Of a DNA stretch of 64,000 nucleotides, positions 19,093 through 29,987 are shown one piece after another (within the stretch, counting starts at the first letter, position 1; the number at the start of each line of letters is the position of its first letter). Where the stretch lies: assembly GCA_964622685.1 (NCBI GenBank), contig CAZUUU010000002.1, positions 1,034 through 65,033 of the forward strand. The letters are read 5' to 3'. The notes under the pieces are model-generated. The model saw nothing but the letters and a program-made list of their open reading frames with translations. It was not told the origin of the DNA and ran no database searches. Both the position numbers and the translations under genes were made by a program. This stretch comes from an uncultured Methylibium sp. GTDB taxonomy: Bacteria; Pseudomonadota; Gammaproteobacteria; Burkholderiales; Burkholderiaceae_C.

Positions 19093-20511
19093 TCAGATCG
19101 CGGCCTCCCAGCCCCCACCCAGCGCCCGCACCAGCCCCACCGTCGCCTGGTACTGCGCGGCCTTGACCTGCAGGGCCTGGCGGCGGTTGGCGAGTTCGCT
19201 GCGCTGCGCATCCAGCAGGTCGATCTGGCTGACCAGGCCGTTGCGGTAGCGCGAGCTGGACAGTACCGTCGCGCGGCTGGCCGCGGCCACGGCGCGCGAC
19301 TGCGCGTCGGACTGCTCGGCCAGCAGGCGCAGCGCCGAGAGCTGGTCCTCGACGTCGCGGAAGGCGACGAGCACCTGCTCGCGGTAGCCGGCCAGCGCGG
19401 CGTCCAGCTCGGCGCTGGCGTTCTGCACGCCGGCCTCGCGCCGCCCGCCGTCGAAGAGCGGTAGCGACAGCAGCGCGCCCACGCCCCAGGAGCGCGCCGA
19501 CCACTTGAACAGGTCGCCCAGCTCGGGCGAGGCATAGCCGCCGTTCGCGGTGAGCGACAGGTTGGGGAACCAGGCCCCCTGCGCGACGCCGACGCGCTGC
19601 TGCGCCGCCAGCATGGCGTGCTGCGCGGCCGACACGTCGGGCCGGCGCGCCAGCACCGTGCTCGGCACGCCGGCCGGGATCACCGGCAGCGCGCTGCGCC
19701 AGTCGGCCGCGTCGACGCGGAAGTCCGACGCCGCGGCGCCGACCAGCACCGCGAGCCCATGCTCCAGCTCGGCGCGACGGCGGTCCAGGGCCAGGGCCTC
19801 GGATTCGGTCGCCGCGACCTGGGTGCGGATGCGCGCGACGTCCAGCTCGGCCACGTCGCCGGCGTTGTAGCGGCGCTCGATCAGATTGAGCGTGTCGCGG
19901 TAGGCGGTGACGGTGTCGCGCACCAGGCGGCGCTCCTCGTCCACCGCACGCAGCGCCAGGTAGGTCTGCGCCACGTCGGCCTGCACCAGCAGGCGCGTGC
20001 TCTGCAGCAGCGCCTCGCGCGACTGCGCGTCCAGCGCGGCGGCGCGGCTGGCGGCCTGCAGGCGGCCGAACAGGTCGACCTCGTAAGCCAGCGAGGCACC
20101 GGCGCTGACGACGGTGGCCGGGCGGTTGCCGTTGGCCGCGTCGGTGCCGCGCGAGGCACCGGCGCCGACGCCGATCTGCGGCAGGCGGTCGGCGTCGGCG
20201 GCGCGCAGGAAGGCGCGCGCCTGTGCGAGCCGCGCCGCGGCGATCTGCACGCTGTTGTTGGCGGTGGCGGCGCGCTCGACCAGCGCGTCGAGCGTGGCGT
20301 CGTCGAAGGCCTTCCACCAGGTGCCGCGGGCCTGCGGCTCGGCCGGCGCGGCCTGGGTCCAGCGGCCGTCGCCTTCCTTGAAGGCCGCGGGCGCGGTGGG
20401 CAGCGCGGCCGGGTCGATGGCGGGAGCGGTCACGCAGCCGGCCAGCAGCAGGGCGGCGAACAGGGGCGCGAGCAGGCGCTGGTTGAGACGCTTGTTGGCA
20501 AGGATCTTCAT
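19093..20511 (-). CDS. RND efflux outer-membrane lipoprotein (NodT/OprM family)
   Basis: Lipobox LLAGC, WWKAFDD, YEVDLFGR, LARRPDVSAA, PLFDGGRR, LVRALGGGW. Confidence 0.93.
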   Translation of the reverse strand: MKILANKRLNQRLLAPLFAALLLAGCVTAPAIDPAALPTAPAAFKEGDGRWTQAAPAEPQARGTWWKAFDDATLDALVERAATANNSVQIAAARLAQARAFLRAADADRLPQIGVGAGASRGTDAANGNRPATVVSAGASLAYEVDLFGRLQAASRAAALDAQSREALLQSTRLLVQADVAQTYLALRAVDEERRLVRDTVTAYRDTLNLIERRYNAGDVAELDVARIRTQVAATESEALALDRRRAELEHGLAVLVGAAASDFRVDAADWRSALPVIPAGVPSTVLARRPDVSAAQHAMLAAQQRVGVAQGAWFPNLSLTANGGYASPELGDLFKWSARSWGVGALLSLPLFDGGRREAGVQNASAELDAALAGYREQVLVAFRDVEDQLSALRLLAEQSDAQSRAVAAASRATVLSSSRYRNGLVSQIDLLDAQRSELANRRQALQVKAAQYQATVGLVRALGGGWEAAI

Positions 20512-20533
20512 GATCTTCTTTCTGTGACTCGGG

Positions 20534-23500
20534 TCACTCGTCGGCGCGCAGCGGCGCGGCCGGCACGGGCTTGATCGATGCGCCGCCACCGTGGGTGCCG
20601 GCAAAGGCCTCGATGTGCGGCACCTCGCCGTGCAGCTTGAGCGGCCGGTTGCCGGTCAGGCGGCGCAGCAGCACATAGAACACCGGCGTCAGGAAGAGGC
20701 CGAAGGCCGTGACGCCGATCATTCCGGCGAACACCGCGACGCCCATCGCCTGGCGCATCTCGGCCCCGGCGCCGGTGCTCAGCACCAGCGGCAGCACGCC
20801 CATCACGAAGGCCAGCGAGGTCATCAGGATCGGGCGCAGGCGCAGGCGGCTGGCCTCGATCGCGGCCTGGATCGGCGTGCGGCCGGCGAACTCCAGCTCG
20901 CGGGCGAACTCGACGATCAGGATCGCGTTCTTGGCGCTCAACCCCACCAGCACGATCAGGCCGATCTGCGTGAAGACGTCGTTGTCGCCGCCGTCCAGCC
21001 ACACGCCGGTCATCGCGGCCAGCAGGCCCATGGGCACGATCATGATGATGGACAGCGGCAGCGTGAGGCTCTCGTACTGCGCCGCCAGCACCAGGAAGAC
21101 CAGCAGGATGGCGAGCGGGAAGACCCACATCGCCGAGTTGCCCGCCAGGATCTCCTGGTAGGTCAGCTCGGTCCACTCGTAGCTGATGCCCGGCGGCAGC
21201 GTCTCGGCGGCGATGCGGTTCACGGCATCCTGCGCCTGGCCCGACGAATAGCCCGGGGCCGGGCCGCCGTTGATGTCGGCCGACAGGTAGCCGTTGTAGC
21301 GCATCGCGCGTTCCGGGCCGAAGCTGGGCTGCACGTTCATCAGCGCCGACAGCGGCACCATCTCGCCGGAGGCCGAGCGCACCTTCAGCAGGCCCACGTC
21401 CTCGGCGCGCGCGCGGTGCGAGGCATCGGCCTGCACGCGCACGGTGTAGGTGCGGCCGAACTTGTTGAAGTCGTTGACGTAGAGCGAGCCGAGGTAGATC
21501 TGCATCGTGTCGAACACGTCGGTCACCGCGACGCCCAGCTGGCGCGCCCGGGTGCGGTCGATGTCGGCATAGAGCTGCGGCACGTTGACCTGGTAGCTCG
21601 AGAACAGCCCCGCCAGCTCGGGCGCCTGCTGGGCCTTGGCCATGAAGGCCTTGACCGCCGCGTCCATCGCCTCGTAGCCGAGCGAGCCGCGGTCCTCGAG
21701 CTGCAGCTTGAACCCGCCCGTGGTGCCCAGGCCCTGCACCGGCGGCGGCGGGAACATCACGACGAAGGCGTCCTCGATCTGCGCGTACTGCTGGTTGAGC
21801 TGCTGCGCGATCGCGGCGCCCGACAGATTCGGATCCTTGCGCTCGTCGAAGGGCGCCAGCGTCGCGAACACGATGCCGGAGTTGGAGCTGTTGGTGAAGC
21901 CGTTGATCGACAGGCCGGGGAAGGACACCGCGTGCTCGACGCCGGGCTGCTTGAGCGTGATGTCGCCCATGCGGCGGATCACGTCCTCGGTGCGGTCGAG
22001 CGTGGCACCGTCGGGCAGCTGCGCGAAGCCGATCAGGTACTGCTTGTCCTGCGCCGGCACGAAGCCGCCGGGCACGGCCTTGAACAGCCCGCCGGTCACC
22101 GCCAGCAGCACGAGGTACAGCCCGACCATCACGGCCTTGCGCGAGATCGCCCGCGTCACGCCGCGGCTGTAGCCTTCGGCACCGCGCTTGAAGGCGCGGT
22201 TGAAGAGCGCGAAGAAGCGGCCGAACACGAAGTCCATGCCGCGCGTCAGCGCGTCCTTCGGCGCGCCGTGGCCCTTGAGCAGCATCGCCGCGAGCGCCGG
22301 CGACAGCGTCAGCGAGTTGATCGCCGAGATCACCGTCGAGATCGCGATCGTCAGCGCGAACTGCTTGTAGAACTGGCCGGTCAGGCCGCTGATGAAGGCC
22401 AGCGGCACGAACACCGCGATCAGCACCAGCGCGATCGCGATGATCGGCCCCGAGACCTCGCGCATCGCGCGGTAGGTCGCGTCGCGCGGCGACAGGCCGG
22501 CCTCGATGTTGCGCTCGACGTTCTCGACCACCACGATGGCGTCGTCGACCACGATGCCGATCGCCAGCACCAGGCCGAACAGGCTCAGCGCATTGATCGA
22601 GAAGCCGAACAGGTGCATCACCGCGAAGGTGCCGATCACCGACACCGGCACGGCCAGCAGCGGGATGATGGACGCGCGCCAGGTCTGCAGGAACAGGATC
22701 ACCACCAGCACCACCAGCGCCACCGCCTCGAGCAGCGTGTGGATCACCGATTCGATGGAGGCGCGCACGAACTGCGTCGGGTCGTAGACGATCTCGTAGT
22801 CCACGCCTTCGGGCATGAACTTCTTGAGCTCGGCCATGGTCTCGCGCACGTGGTTCGAGATCTCGATGGCGTTGGAGCCCGGCGCCTGGAAGATCGGCAC
22901 CGCCACGGCCGACTTGTTGTCGAGCAGCGAGCGCAGCGCGTACTCGGCCGCGCCGAGCTCGATGCGGCCCAGGTCGCGCAGCCGCGTCACCGCGCCGTCG
23001 GCGCCGGTCTTGACGATGATGTCGCCGAACTCTTCCTCGTTCTGCAGGCGGCCCTGGGCGTTGATCGACAGCTGCAGGTCCACGCCCGGCAGGCCCGGCG
23101 AGGCGCCCACCACGCCGGCGGCCGCCTGCACGTTCTGTTCGCGGATGGCGCGCACCACGTCGCTCGCCGACAGGCCGCGCTCGGCGACCTTCTGGGGGTC
23201 GAGCCAGACGCGCATCGAGTAGTCGCCCGAGCCGAACAGCTGCACCTGGCCCACGCCTTCGATGCGCGCCAGCCGGTCCTTGACATTGAGCACCGCGTAG
23301 TTGCGCAGGTAGGTCATGTCGTAGCGGTCGTTGGGCGACAGCAGGTGCACGACCATCGTGAGGTCGGGCGAGCTCTTGACCGTGGTGATGCCCAGGCGGC
23401 GCACTTCCTCGGGCAGGCGCGGCTCGGCCTGCGAGACGCGGTTCTGCACCAGCTGCTGGGCCTTGTCGGGATCGGTGCCGAGCCGGAAGGTGACGGTCAG

Positions 23501-23773
23501 CGTCATCAGGCCGTCGGTGGTGGCCTGGCTGCCCATGTAGAGCATGCCCTCGACGCCGTTGATGGCCTCCTCCAGCGGCGTGGCCACCGTCTCGGCGATC
23601 ACCTTGGGGTTGGCGCCGGGGTACTGCGCGCGCACCACCACCGAGGGCGGCACGACCTCGGGGTATTCCGAGATCGGCAGGCCGCGCAGCGCGATCAGGC
23701 CGGCGATCAGCATCAGCAGCGACAGCACGCCGGCGAAGATCGGCCGGTCGATGAAGAATTTGGACAGGTTCAT
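20534..23773 (-). CDS. RND efflux permease (MexF/BpeF/OqxB-like)
   Basis: MNLSKFFIDRPIFAGVLS, LPISEYPEVVPP, AIGIVVDDAIVVVENVER, KNAILIVEFA, RLRPILMTS. Confidence 0.96.
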   Translation of the reverse strand: MNLSKFFIDRPIFAGVLSLLMLIAGLIALRGLPISEYPEVVPPSVVVRAQYPGANPKVIAETVATPLEEAINGVEGMLYMGSQATTDGLMTLTVTFRLGTDPDKAQQLVQNRVSQAEPRLPEEVRRLGITTVKSSPDLTMVVHLLSPNDRYDMTYLRNYAVLNVKDRLARIEGVGQVQLFGSGDYSMRVWLDPQKVAERGLSASDVVRAIREQNVQAAAGVVGASPGLPGVDLQLSINAQGRLQNEEEFGDIIVKTGADGAVTRLRDLGRIELGAAEYALRSLLDNKSAVAVPIFQAPGSNAIEISNHVRETMAELKKFMPEGVDYEIVYDPTQFVRASIESVIHTLLEAVALVVLVVILFLQTWRASIIPLLAVPVSVIGTFAVMHLFGFSINALSLFGLVLAIGIVVDDAIVVVENVERNIEAGLSPRDATYRAMREVSGPIIAIALVLIAVFVPLAFISGLTGQFYKQFALTIAISTVISAINSLTLSPALAAMLLKGHGAPKDALTRGMDFVFGRFFALFNRAFKRGAEGYSRGVTRAISRKAVMVGLYLVLLAVTGGLFKAVPGGFVPAQDKQYLIGFAQLPDGATLDRTEDVIRRMGDITLKQPGVEHAVSFPGLSINGFTNSSNSGIVFATLAPFDERKDPNLSGAAIAQQLNQQYAQIEDAFVVMFPPPPVQGLGTTGGFKLQLEDRGSLGYEAMDAAVKAFMAKAQQAPELAGLFSSYQVNVPQLYADIDRTRARQLGVAVTDVFDTMQIYLGSLYVNDFNKFGRTYTVRVQADASHRARAEDVGLLKVRSASGEMVPLSALMNVQPSFGPERAMRYNGYLSADINGGPAPGYSSGQAQDAVNRIAAETLPPGISYEWTELTYQEILAGNSAMWVFPLAILLVFLVLAAQYESLTLPLSIIMIVPMGLLAAMTGVWLDGGDNDVFTQIGLIVLVGLSAKNAILIVEFARELEFAGRTPIQAAIEASRLRLRPILMTSLAFVMGVLPLVLSTGAGAEMRQAMGVAVFAGMIGVTAFGLFLTPVFYVLLRRLTGNRPLKLHGEVPHIEAFAGTHGGGASIKPVPAAPLRADE

Positions 23774-23831
23774 GGCGCGCTCCCTCTGCGCTGGATCGTT
23801 CGGACTTGTTGTGGGGACGGTGGCGCGGCGA

Positions 23832-25061
23832 TCAGGACTGCGTCGCGCCCTCGCGTCGGGCCTGCACCTCGGGCTTGGCGTTCATGTCGACGCTCTGCGG
23901 CTTGACCAGCGAACCGGGCCGCACGCGCTGCACGCCGCCGACGACGATGCGCTCGTCGGCCTTGAGGCCGGCCGTGACGATGCGCAGGCCGTCGACCGAC
24001 GCGCCCAGGCTCACCTCGCGGTAGACCACCTTGTTGTCGGCGCCGACCACCAGCACGAACTTCTTGCTCTGGTCGGTGCCGACCGCGCGCTCGTTGATCA
24101 GCAGGGCCGGTGCGCTGCGCGCCTGGCCCATGCGCAGCTTGGCAAACTGGCCCGGCATCAGCGTGCCGTCCTTGTTGTCGAACACGGCGCGCACGCGCAC
24201 CGTGCCGCTGCGCGCGTCGACCTGGTTGTCGACGAGCTGCAGGCGGCCTTCGAGCGGCGTGTCGGCGGTGGCGGCGGTGCCCATCTGCACGGGGATGCGC
24301 TCGAGCTGCTGGCGCGCGCTGGCGCCGCCCTGCCCCAGGCCCTTGAGGGCGCGGGCGACGATCTGCTCGTCGGCGTCGAAGCTGGCGTAGATCGGGCTCA
24401 CCGACACCAGCGTGGTCAGCACCGGCGCGCCGGGGCCGGCTGCGACCAGGTTGCCGACCGTGACCTCGAGCCGCCCGACGCGGCCGGCGACCGGCGCGCG
24501 CACCTGGGTGTAGGCCAGGCTCAGGCGCGCCGACTGCAGCGCGGCCTGCGCGGCGCGCAGGTTGGCCTCGGCCTCGCGCTGGGCGTTGACGCGCTCGTCG
24601 AGCTCGCGCTGCGCGATGGCGCGCTCGTCCCACAGGCGCTGGGCACGGTTGCCCTCGCTCTGCGTGTAGGCGACGCGGGCCTGCGCGGCGACGACCTGCG
24701 CCTCGGCGCGGTCGACGTCGGCCGCATAGGGCGCGGGGTCGATGGTGATGAGCAGGTCGCCCTGCTTCACCAGCGCGCCTTCGCGGAAGTGCACGGCCTG
24801 CACGGCGCCGGCGACGCGCGAGCGCACGTCGACGCGCTCGACCGCCTCGAGGCGGCCGGAGAACTCGTCCCACACCGACACGTCGCTCAGTACGACGGCG
24901 GCCACCGACACCGGCGTGGCCTGCGGCTCGGCGGGTGCGGTATTGGCCTCGGCGTCGGGCGCCTGCAGGCCGAACAGCGCCGTCGCGACGGCGGTCAGGG
25001 CGGTGAGCGCGGTGCCGGCGGCCCAGAGGCGGCGACGGGCGCGAAGCGGAAGCTGGTTCAT
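23832..25061 (-). CDS. RND efflux periplasmic adaptor (MFP)
   Basis: VWDEFSGRLEAVERVDVRSRVAG, VRAPVAGRVG, VDNQVDARSGTVRVRA; GGAG-like RBS absent but ATG 25061 overlaps the upstream stop. Confidence 0.92.
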   Translation of the reverse strand: MNQLPLRARRRLWAAGTALTALTAVATALFGLQAPDAEANTAPAEPQATPVSVAAVVLSDVSVWDEFSGRLEAVERVDVRSRVAGAVQAVHFREGALVKQGDLLITIDPAPYAADVDRAEAQVVAAQARVAYTQSEGNRAQRLWDERAIAQRELDERVNAQREAEANLRAAQAALQSARLSLAYTQVRAPVAGRVGRLEVTVGNLVAAGPGAPVLTTLVSVSPIYASFDADEQIVARALKGLGQGGASARQQLERIPVQMGTAATADTPLEGRLQLVDNQVDARSGTVRVRAVFDNKDGTLMPGQFAKLRMGQARSAPALLINERAVGTDQSKKFVLVVGADNKVVYREVSLGASVDGLRIVTAGLKADERIVVGGVQRVRPGSLVKPQSVDMNAKPEVQARREGATQS

Positions 25062-25930
25062 GGGAGGTCCTGGGTGGTTTCGAGTTGATGAGGAGCAGAA
25101 AGGGAAGCCGGCTGCGTCGACAGGAAGTGGCTGAGCTGCAGGCCCAGCGGCGCGGCCCAGGCCGGGCGCTCGCCGTCGGCGGCCTGCATGCAGCTGCACG
25201 GCCAGCCGGTCCGGCCCGGCAGCACGGCCTCGGTCACCGGCACGCCGGCCGCGCGCAGGCGGGCGGCGTAGGCGTGGGTCTCGTCGCGCATCGGGTCGTC
25301 GTCGGCCGTGACCAGCAGGGTCGGCGGCAGGTCGCCCAGGCGCAGGGCGCGGCCCGGCGCGGCATAGGGATGCAGCGCGTCCTCGGGCTGGGACAGGTAG
25401 TCGTGCCAGCCGTCGGCCCAGCGGCAGCCGACCGGGCCGGCCTGCGCGCTGCGCAGCGAAGCGGTCGCGACGCAGGTGTCGAGCATCGGCGACAGCAGGA
25501 TCTGCCCGGCCAGCGGCGGGTGCTGGCGGTCGCGCGCCATCAGCGCGACGGCGGCGGCGATGTTGCCTCCGGCTTCCTCGCCCGCGACCCACAGGCCGCT
25601 GGCGGTGCCGGCCAGGCGCAGGCGGCGGCGCCAGGTCCATTCGAGCGCGGCATGGCCGACCTCGATCGCGGCCGGGAAGGGCCGCTCCGGCGCGAGCGGG
25701 TAGTCGAGCGAGACCACGACCGCGCCGGCCTCGGCCAGCAGGCCGGCGACGCGCGAGCCGCTGTCCAGGTCGCCGGCCACGAAGGCGCCGGCATGGAAGT
25801 GCAGCACCAGCGGCGCCGGGGCGCGACCTTCGGGGCGGTAGATGCGCGCCCGCACCGTGGCGCCGCCGTCGAGCGGGATCAGCTCGTCGGTCGGGGCGAC
25901 ATCGGGACGGAGGGAAGTGACGGAGGACAT
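25058..25930 (-). CDS. Alpha/beta hydrolase (LlpE-like lipase/esterase)
   Basis: LHFHAGAF, DYPLAPE, AGEEAGGN (the usual nucleophile Ser appears replaced by Glu), DDPMRDE; sits between LysR and MFP as in the ceo/bpe operons. Confidence 0.8.
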   Translation of the reverse strand: MSSVTSLRPDVAPTDELIPLDGGATVRARIYRPEGRAPAPLVLHFHAGAFVAGDLDSGSRVAGLLAEAGAVVVSLDYPLAPERPFPAAIEVGHAALEWTWRRRLRLAGTASGLWVAGEEAGGNIAAAVALMARDRQHPPLAGQILLSPMLDTCVATASLRSAQAGPVGCRWADGWHDYLSQPEDALHPYAAPGRALRLGDLPPTLLVTADDDPMRDETHAYAARLRAAGVPVTEAVLPGRTGWPCSCMQAADGERPAWAAPLGLQLSHFLSTQPASLSAPHQLETTQDLP

Positions 25931-26052
25931 GGCGGCTCGCCCACGGGGGGCGACTCGGCTTGCTGCGATGCAGCGAAAGATAGGGCCGGCCCGCCCGCCA
26001 ATAAATAGCCACGCCGCTCATGCTTTGTTTCACCAAAGCAATAATCGACCGC

Positions 26053-27009
26053 ATGGACAAGCTCCTCGCCATGCAGGCCTTCGTGCGGGTCGTCGAATCC
26101 GGCACCTTCACCAAGGCCTCGGATTCGCTGACCCTGCCCAAGCCGACCGTCACCCGGCTGATCCAGACCCTGGAAAGCCACCTGCAGACCAAGCTGCTGA
26201 ACCGCACCACCCGCAAGGTGACGGTGACGCCCGACGGCGCGGCCTACTACGAGCGTGCGCTGCGCCTGCTGACCGAGGTCGACGAGCTGGAGTCCAGCAT
26301 GTCGCACGCCAAGGCCAGCCCGCGCGGGCGGCTGCGCATCGACGTGCCGGCCGCGCTGGGCCAGCTGGTGCTGATGCCGGCGCTGCCGGACTTCTGCGCG
26401 CGCTACCCCGACATCCAGATCGACCTGGGCGTCGGCGACCGGCCGGTCGACCTGATCGGCGAGAACGTCGACTGCGTGATCCGCGGCGGCACGCTGACCG
26501 ACCAGTCGCTGGTGGCGCGGCGCATCGCGGAGTTCCACATGATCGCGGCGGCCAGCCCCGGCTACCTGAAGCGCCACGGCATGCCCACGCACCCGAGCGA
26601 GCTCGAGGACCGCCATGTGATCGTCGGCTACTTCTCGGCCCGCACCGGGCGGCCGATCCCGATGGACTTCAACAAGGACGGCGAGCGCGTCGAGGTGACG
26701 GGCCGCTATCGCGTGTCGGTCAACGACTCCAACGCCTACACCGCCGCGGGACTGGCCGGGCTGGGCGTCGTGCAGACGGCGACCTTCATGCTGCAGGACC
26801 ACATGAGCCGCGGCGCGCTGGAGCCGGTGCTGGCGGACTGGTGCTCGGACCCGGTACCCATCCACGTCGTCTACCCGCCCAACCGCCACCTCAGCGCCAA
26901 GCTGCGCGTCTTCGTCGACTGGGTGGCCGAGCTGTTCGCGCACCACGACTTGATGCAGCGCTGCAGCAGCCTGCCGCCGCTGCCGGCCACGGCGCGCTTC
27001 GCGCGCTGA
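26053..27009 (+). CDS. LysR-family regulator of the divergent efflux operon
   Basis: MDKLLAMQAFVRVVESGTFTKAS, LLNRTTRKV, VDLIGENVDCVIR, YPPNRHLSAKLRVFVDW. Confidence 0.93.
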   Translation: MDKLLAMQAFVRVVESGTFTKASDSLTLPKPTVTRLIQTLESHLQTKLLNRTTRKVTVTPDGAAYYERALRLLTEVDELESSMSHAKASPRGRLRIDVPAALGQLVLMPALPDFCARYPDIQIDLGVGDRPVDLIGENVDCVIRGGTLTDQSLVARRIAEFHMIAAASPGYLKRHGMPTHPSELEDRHVIVGYFSARTGRPIPMDFNKDGERVEVTGRYRVSVNDSNAYTAAGLAGLGVVQTATFMLQDHMSRGALEPVLADWCSDPVPIHVVYPPNRHLSAKLRVFVDWVAELFAHHDLMQRCSSLPPLPATARFAR

Positions 27010-27025
27010 TCAGAAGCTGAGCGCG

Positions 27026-27244
27026 TCAGGCGGCCGGCGCGTCGGGCGCGGGCAGCGTCAGGCCCATCGCCTTGGCCGACATGTAGAGCGTCTTCGTCAG
27101 CAGCTCCACGCCGCCGGCATTGAGCTCGAGCGGGAAGATCTTGCCGTTGGCCATCAGCAGCTCCAGCAGCACGGCCTGGCCGTCGTCGGACAGCACGGCC
27201 TGCTTCAGGCCGACGCAGCGCAGGGGTTCCATCGTGGAGCTCAT
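27026..27244 (-). CDS. Small hypothetical protein
   Basis: C-terminal 72 aa of the 539-aa ORF (MSSTMEPLRCVGLKQAVLSDDGQAVLLELL...) reads as natural protein, downstream of fumC. Confidence 0.55.
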   Translation of the reverse strand: MSSTMEPLRCVGLKQAVLSDDGQAVLLELLMANGKIFPLELNAGGVELLTKTLYMSAKAMGLTLPAPDAPAA

Positions 27245-27312
27245 CGTCGTTCTCGTGGGGTCGGTGGCGGAGCCGGGATGCTGCCACGCCGCGGCGCCGC
27301 GCCGCGCGAGGG

Positions 27313-28710
27313 TCAGCCCGAAGGCCCGAGCATCCGGCGCGCGTCGACCCAGGCGTCGAACTGCTCGCCGCTGACGCCGCCGACCGCGAGCGCGGCCTCG
27401 CGCAGGCTGCTGCCGGTCTGGTGCGCGTGCTTGGCGATCCTGGCGGCGCGGTCGTAGCCGATGTGCGGCGCCAGCGCGGTGACCAGCATCAGCGAGCGCT
27501 GCAGCAAGTCTTCGACCCGCGCCGCGTCGGGCGCCAGGCCGGCCACGCAGTGCCGCGCGAAGCTGGCCATCGCGTCGGACAGCAGGCGCAGGCTGTCCAG
27601 CACGTCGTGCGCGATCAGCGGCTTGTAGACATTGAGCTCGAAGTGGCCCTGGCTGGCCGCGAAGCCGATCGCCGCGTCGTGGCCCATCACCTGGGCGCAG
27701 ACCATGGTCAGCGCCTCGACCTGGGTCGGGTTCACCTTGCCCGGCATGATGGAACTGCCGGGCTCGTTCTCGGGCAGGCGCAGCTCGCCCAGGCCGGCGC
27801 GCGGGCCGCTGCCCATCAGGCGGATGTCGTTGCCGATCTTGGTGAGCGCCACCGCCAGCATGCGCAGGGCACCGTGGAAGCCGACCAGGGCCTCGTGCCC
27901 GGCCATCGCCGCGAACAGGTTGTCGGCCGGCGCGAACGGCAGGCCGAGCCGGCGCGCGAGCCGCGCCGCCACGCGCGCGCCGAACTCGGCATGGGTGTTG
28001 AGCCCGGTGCCGACCGCGGTGCCGCCGATCGCCAGGCGCTGCACCGGCGCGAGCGACTGCGCGATCGCGGCTTCGCACAGGTCGAGCTGCGCGACGTAGC
28101 CGCCGAACTCCTGGCCCAGCGTCACCGGCGTGGCGTCCTGCAGGTGGGTGCGGCCGATCTTGACGACGTCCGCCAGCGCGACGGCCTTGTCGTGCAGCGC
28201 CGCGCGCAGCGTCGCCAGCGCGGGCTGCAGCCGCTCGCGCGCCTGCAGCGCGACGGCGACGTGCATCGCGGTCGGGAAGACGTCGTTGGACGACTGGCCC
28301 AGGTTCACGTCGTCGTTGGGGTGCACGCGGCGGTCGCTGCCCCGGCGGCCGCCCAGGGCCTCGGAGGCCAGCGTGGCCACGACCTCGTTGACGTTCATGT
28401 TGCTCTGCGTGCCCGAGCCGGTCTGCCACACCGACAGCGGAAAGGCCTCGGCATGCTCGCCGGCCGCGATGCGGGCCGCGGCGTCGGCGATGGCACGGGC
28501 CTTGTCGGCGGCCAGCAGGCCGAGTTCGTGGTTGACCTCGGCCGCGGCCCACTTGACCCAGGCCAGCGCGCGCACCACCTCGGCCGGCATGCGCTGTTCG
28601 CCGATGGCGAAGAAATGCAGGCTGCGCGCGGTCTGCGCGGCCCACAGCGCGTCGGCGGGGACCTCGATGGGGCCGAAGGCGTCGGATTCGGTGCGGGTGG
28701 CGGTGGTCAT
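27313..28710 (-). CDS. fumC: Fumarate hydratase class II
   Basis: [71 protein letters not shown]. Confidence 0.97.
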   Translation of the reverse strand: MTTATRTESDAFGPIEVPADALWAAQTARSLHFFAIGEQRMPAEVVRALAWVKWAAAEVNHELGLLAADKARAIADAAARIAAGEHAEAFPLSVWQTGSGTQSNMNVNEVVATLASEALGGRRGSDRRVHPNDDVNLGQSSNDVFPTAMHVAVALQARERLQPALATLRAALHDKAVALADVVKIGRTHLQDATPVTLGQEFGGYVAQLDLCEAAIAQSLAPVQRLAIGGTAVGTGLNTHAEFGARVAARLARRLGLPFAPADNLFAAMAGHEALVGFHGALRMLAVALTKIGNDIRLMGSGPRAGLGELRLPENEPGSSIMPGKVNPTQVEALTMVCAQVMGHDAAIGFAASQGHFELNVYKPLIAHDVLDSLRLLSDAMASFARHCVAGLAPDAARVEDLLQRSLMLVTALAPHIGYDRAARIAKHAHQTGSSLREAALAVGGVSGEQFDAWVDARRMLGPSG

Positions 28711-28847
28711 CGGGGCTCCGGCAAGGGGTCGTGAACGGGATGGCGCCAGCTTAGGCCAGGACGACGGACCCTCCTCCGAACTTGGGATGCGGAGAGGCGC
28801 TAGTAGAGCGACAGTGCGTGCGAAGTGAAGCCAAGTGGAGGTGCGCC

Positions 28848-29936
28848 ATGTTCGGCTCTTATCTCGTCGAGCTCGTGATCGGCATGTGTTTCCTGTTCGC
28901 AGTGCTGGGCATCGTGACCAGTGCGTTGACCGAGGTGGTGCTGTCGTACACGAAGGTGCGCGCGAAGCATCTGCAGGAGTGGCTGGTGCAATGGTCGAAG
29001 CAGTTGCTCGACGCGCCACGGGTCTCGTCCACCGGAACAACCGCACCTGAACCTGCGCCTGCGCCTGCGCCTGCGCCTGCGGACCCGAGAACTCCAGGCG
29101 AGAAGTTTCTCGAAGGCTTGCTGGACCACCCACTGGTCGCGTCGCAGAGGCACGGCGAGGCAAGGCCGAGCTACCTGCCGTCGGCGCACCTCGCCGGCGC
29201 GCTGCTGCAGACCCTGGCCATGCCCTTCAGCGAAAGCTGCGTCGGGCAGGACCTCAAGTCGGCCGAAGCCAAGCTCCGCGCGCACATCCGCGGCTTGCCC
29301 GGCGAGGGCCTGAAGCGCGCCCTCGAGGCCGTGCTCGACTCGGCCGTCACCAAGGCGGCCGACGGCACAGCGCTGATCGAAAGCCTGAAGAACGAGACGG
29401 CCTCCTGGATCGACGCATCCATGGGCCGCATCGAGGGCTGGACCAAGCGGCGCGCCAAGCTGATCTCCCTGGTCGCCGCCTTCGTCGTTTGCCTGGCCTT
29501 CAACGTCAGCGCGCTGGAAGTGCTGCGCGTGCTGTCCTCGGACGGCGCGGCGCGCACGGAGCTGGCGCGGACCGCGGTCGAGTACGTCGACAAGGACTGC
29601 AGCGGCAAGGCCGACCAGACCCGGCTGGCCTGTCTGAAGGAACGCTCGGACGAGGCCGTCGAGGCGCTGGGGCCGCTGTCGCGTCTTGGCATCGGCTGGG
29701 ACCGACCGCCGGCATTCATGACGATGAAGGACCCGGCCCCCTGGGCCCTGGCCGGGCATGCGCTGGTCTGGCTGGCCGGCCTGCTGTGCGCCGCCTTTGC
29801 CGCCTCGCTGGGCGGCGACTTCTGGTTCAAGTGGATCGGCGACATCGTCCGCCTGACCGGGTACAAGCCGGCGCGCCGGGACGAACCTCCGGCCGAGCCA
29901 CCGGGCTGGCTGGCACGGCTGACGGCACGCCGCTGA
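28848..29936 (+). CDS. Uncharacterised membrane protein
   Basis: GGAGG RBS; N-terminal TM ([16 protein letters not shown]), RPSYLP, W.KRRAK followed by a TM, LGIGW, C-terminal [10 protein letters not shown]. Confidence 0.7.
   Translation: MFGSYLVELVIGMCFLFAVLGIVTSALTEVVLSYTKVRAKHLQEWLVQWSKQLLDAPRVSSTGTTAPEPAPAPAPAPADPRTPGEKFLEGLLDHPLVASQRHGEARPSYLPSAHLAGALLQTLAMPFSESCVGQDLKSAEAKLRAHIRGLPGEGLKRALEAVLDSAVTKAADGTALIESLKNETASWIDASMGRIEGWTKRRAKLISLVAAFVVCLAFNVSALEVLRVLSSDGAARTELARTAVEYVDKDCSGKADQTRLACLKERSDEAVEALGPLSRLGIGWDRPPAFMTMKDPAPWALAGHALVWLAGLLCAAFAASLGGDFWFKWIGDIVRLTGYKPARRDEPPAEPPGWLARLTARR
29052..29081 (+). repeat. In-frame hexamer tandem repeat (CCTGCG)x5 encoding (PA)5
   Basis: Five exact copies read directly from the sequence. 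Confidence 0.9.
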
Positions 29937-29987
29937 GCCCGGGGTGTCCGCGTGGGCGCGAGCGGCGCGCCAACGTATGCTTCGCCC

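Noticed and set aside
20591-23905. 1104-aa plus-strand ORF
   Set aside because: Antisense shadow of the RND permease.
23832-26216. 794-aa ORF suggesting an extended MFP
   Set aside because: The N-terminal part is an off-frame reading of the hydrolase gene; the MFP starts at 25061.
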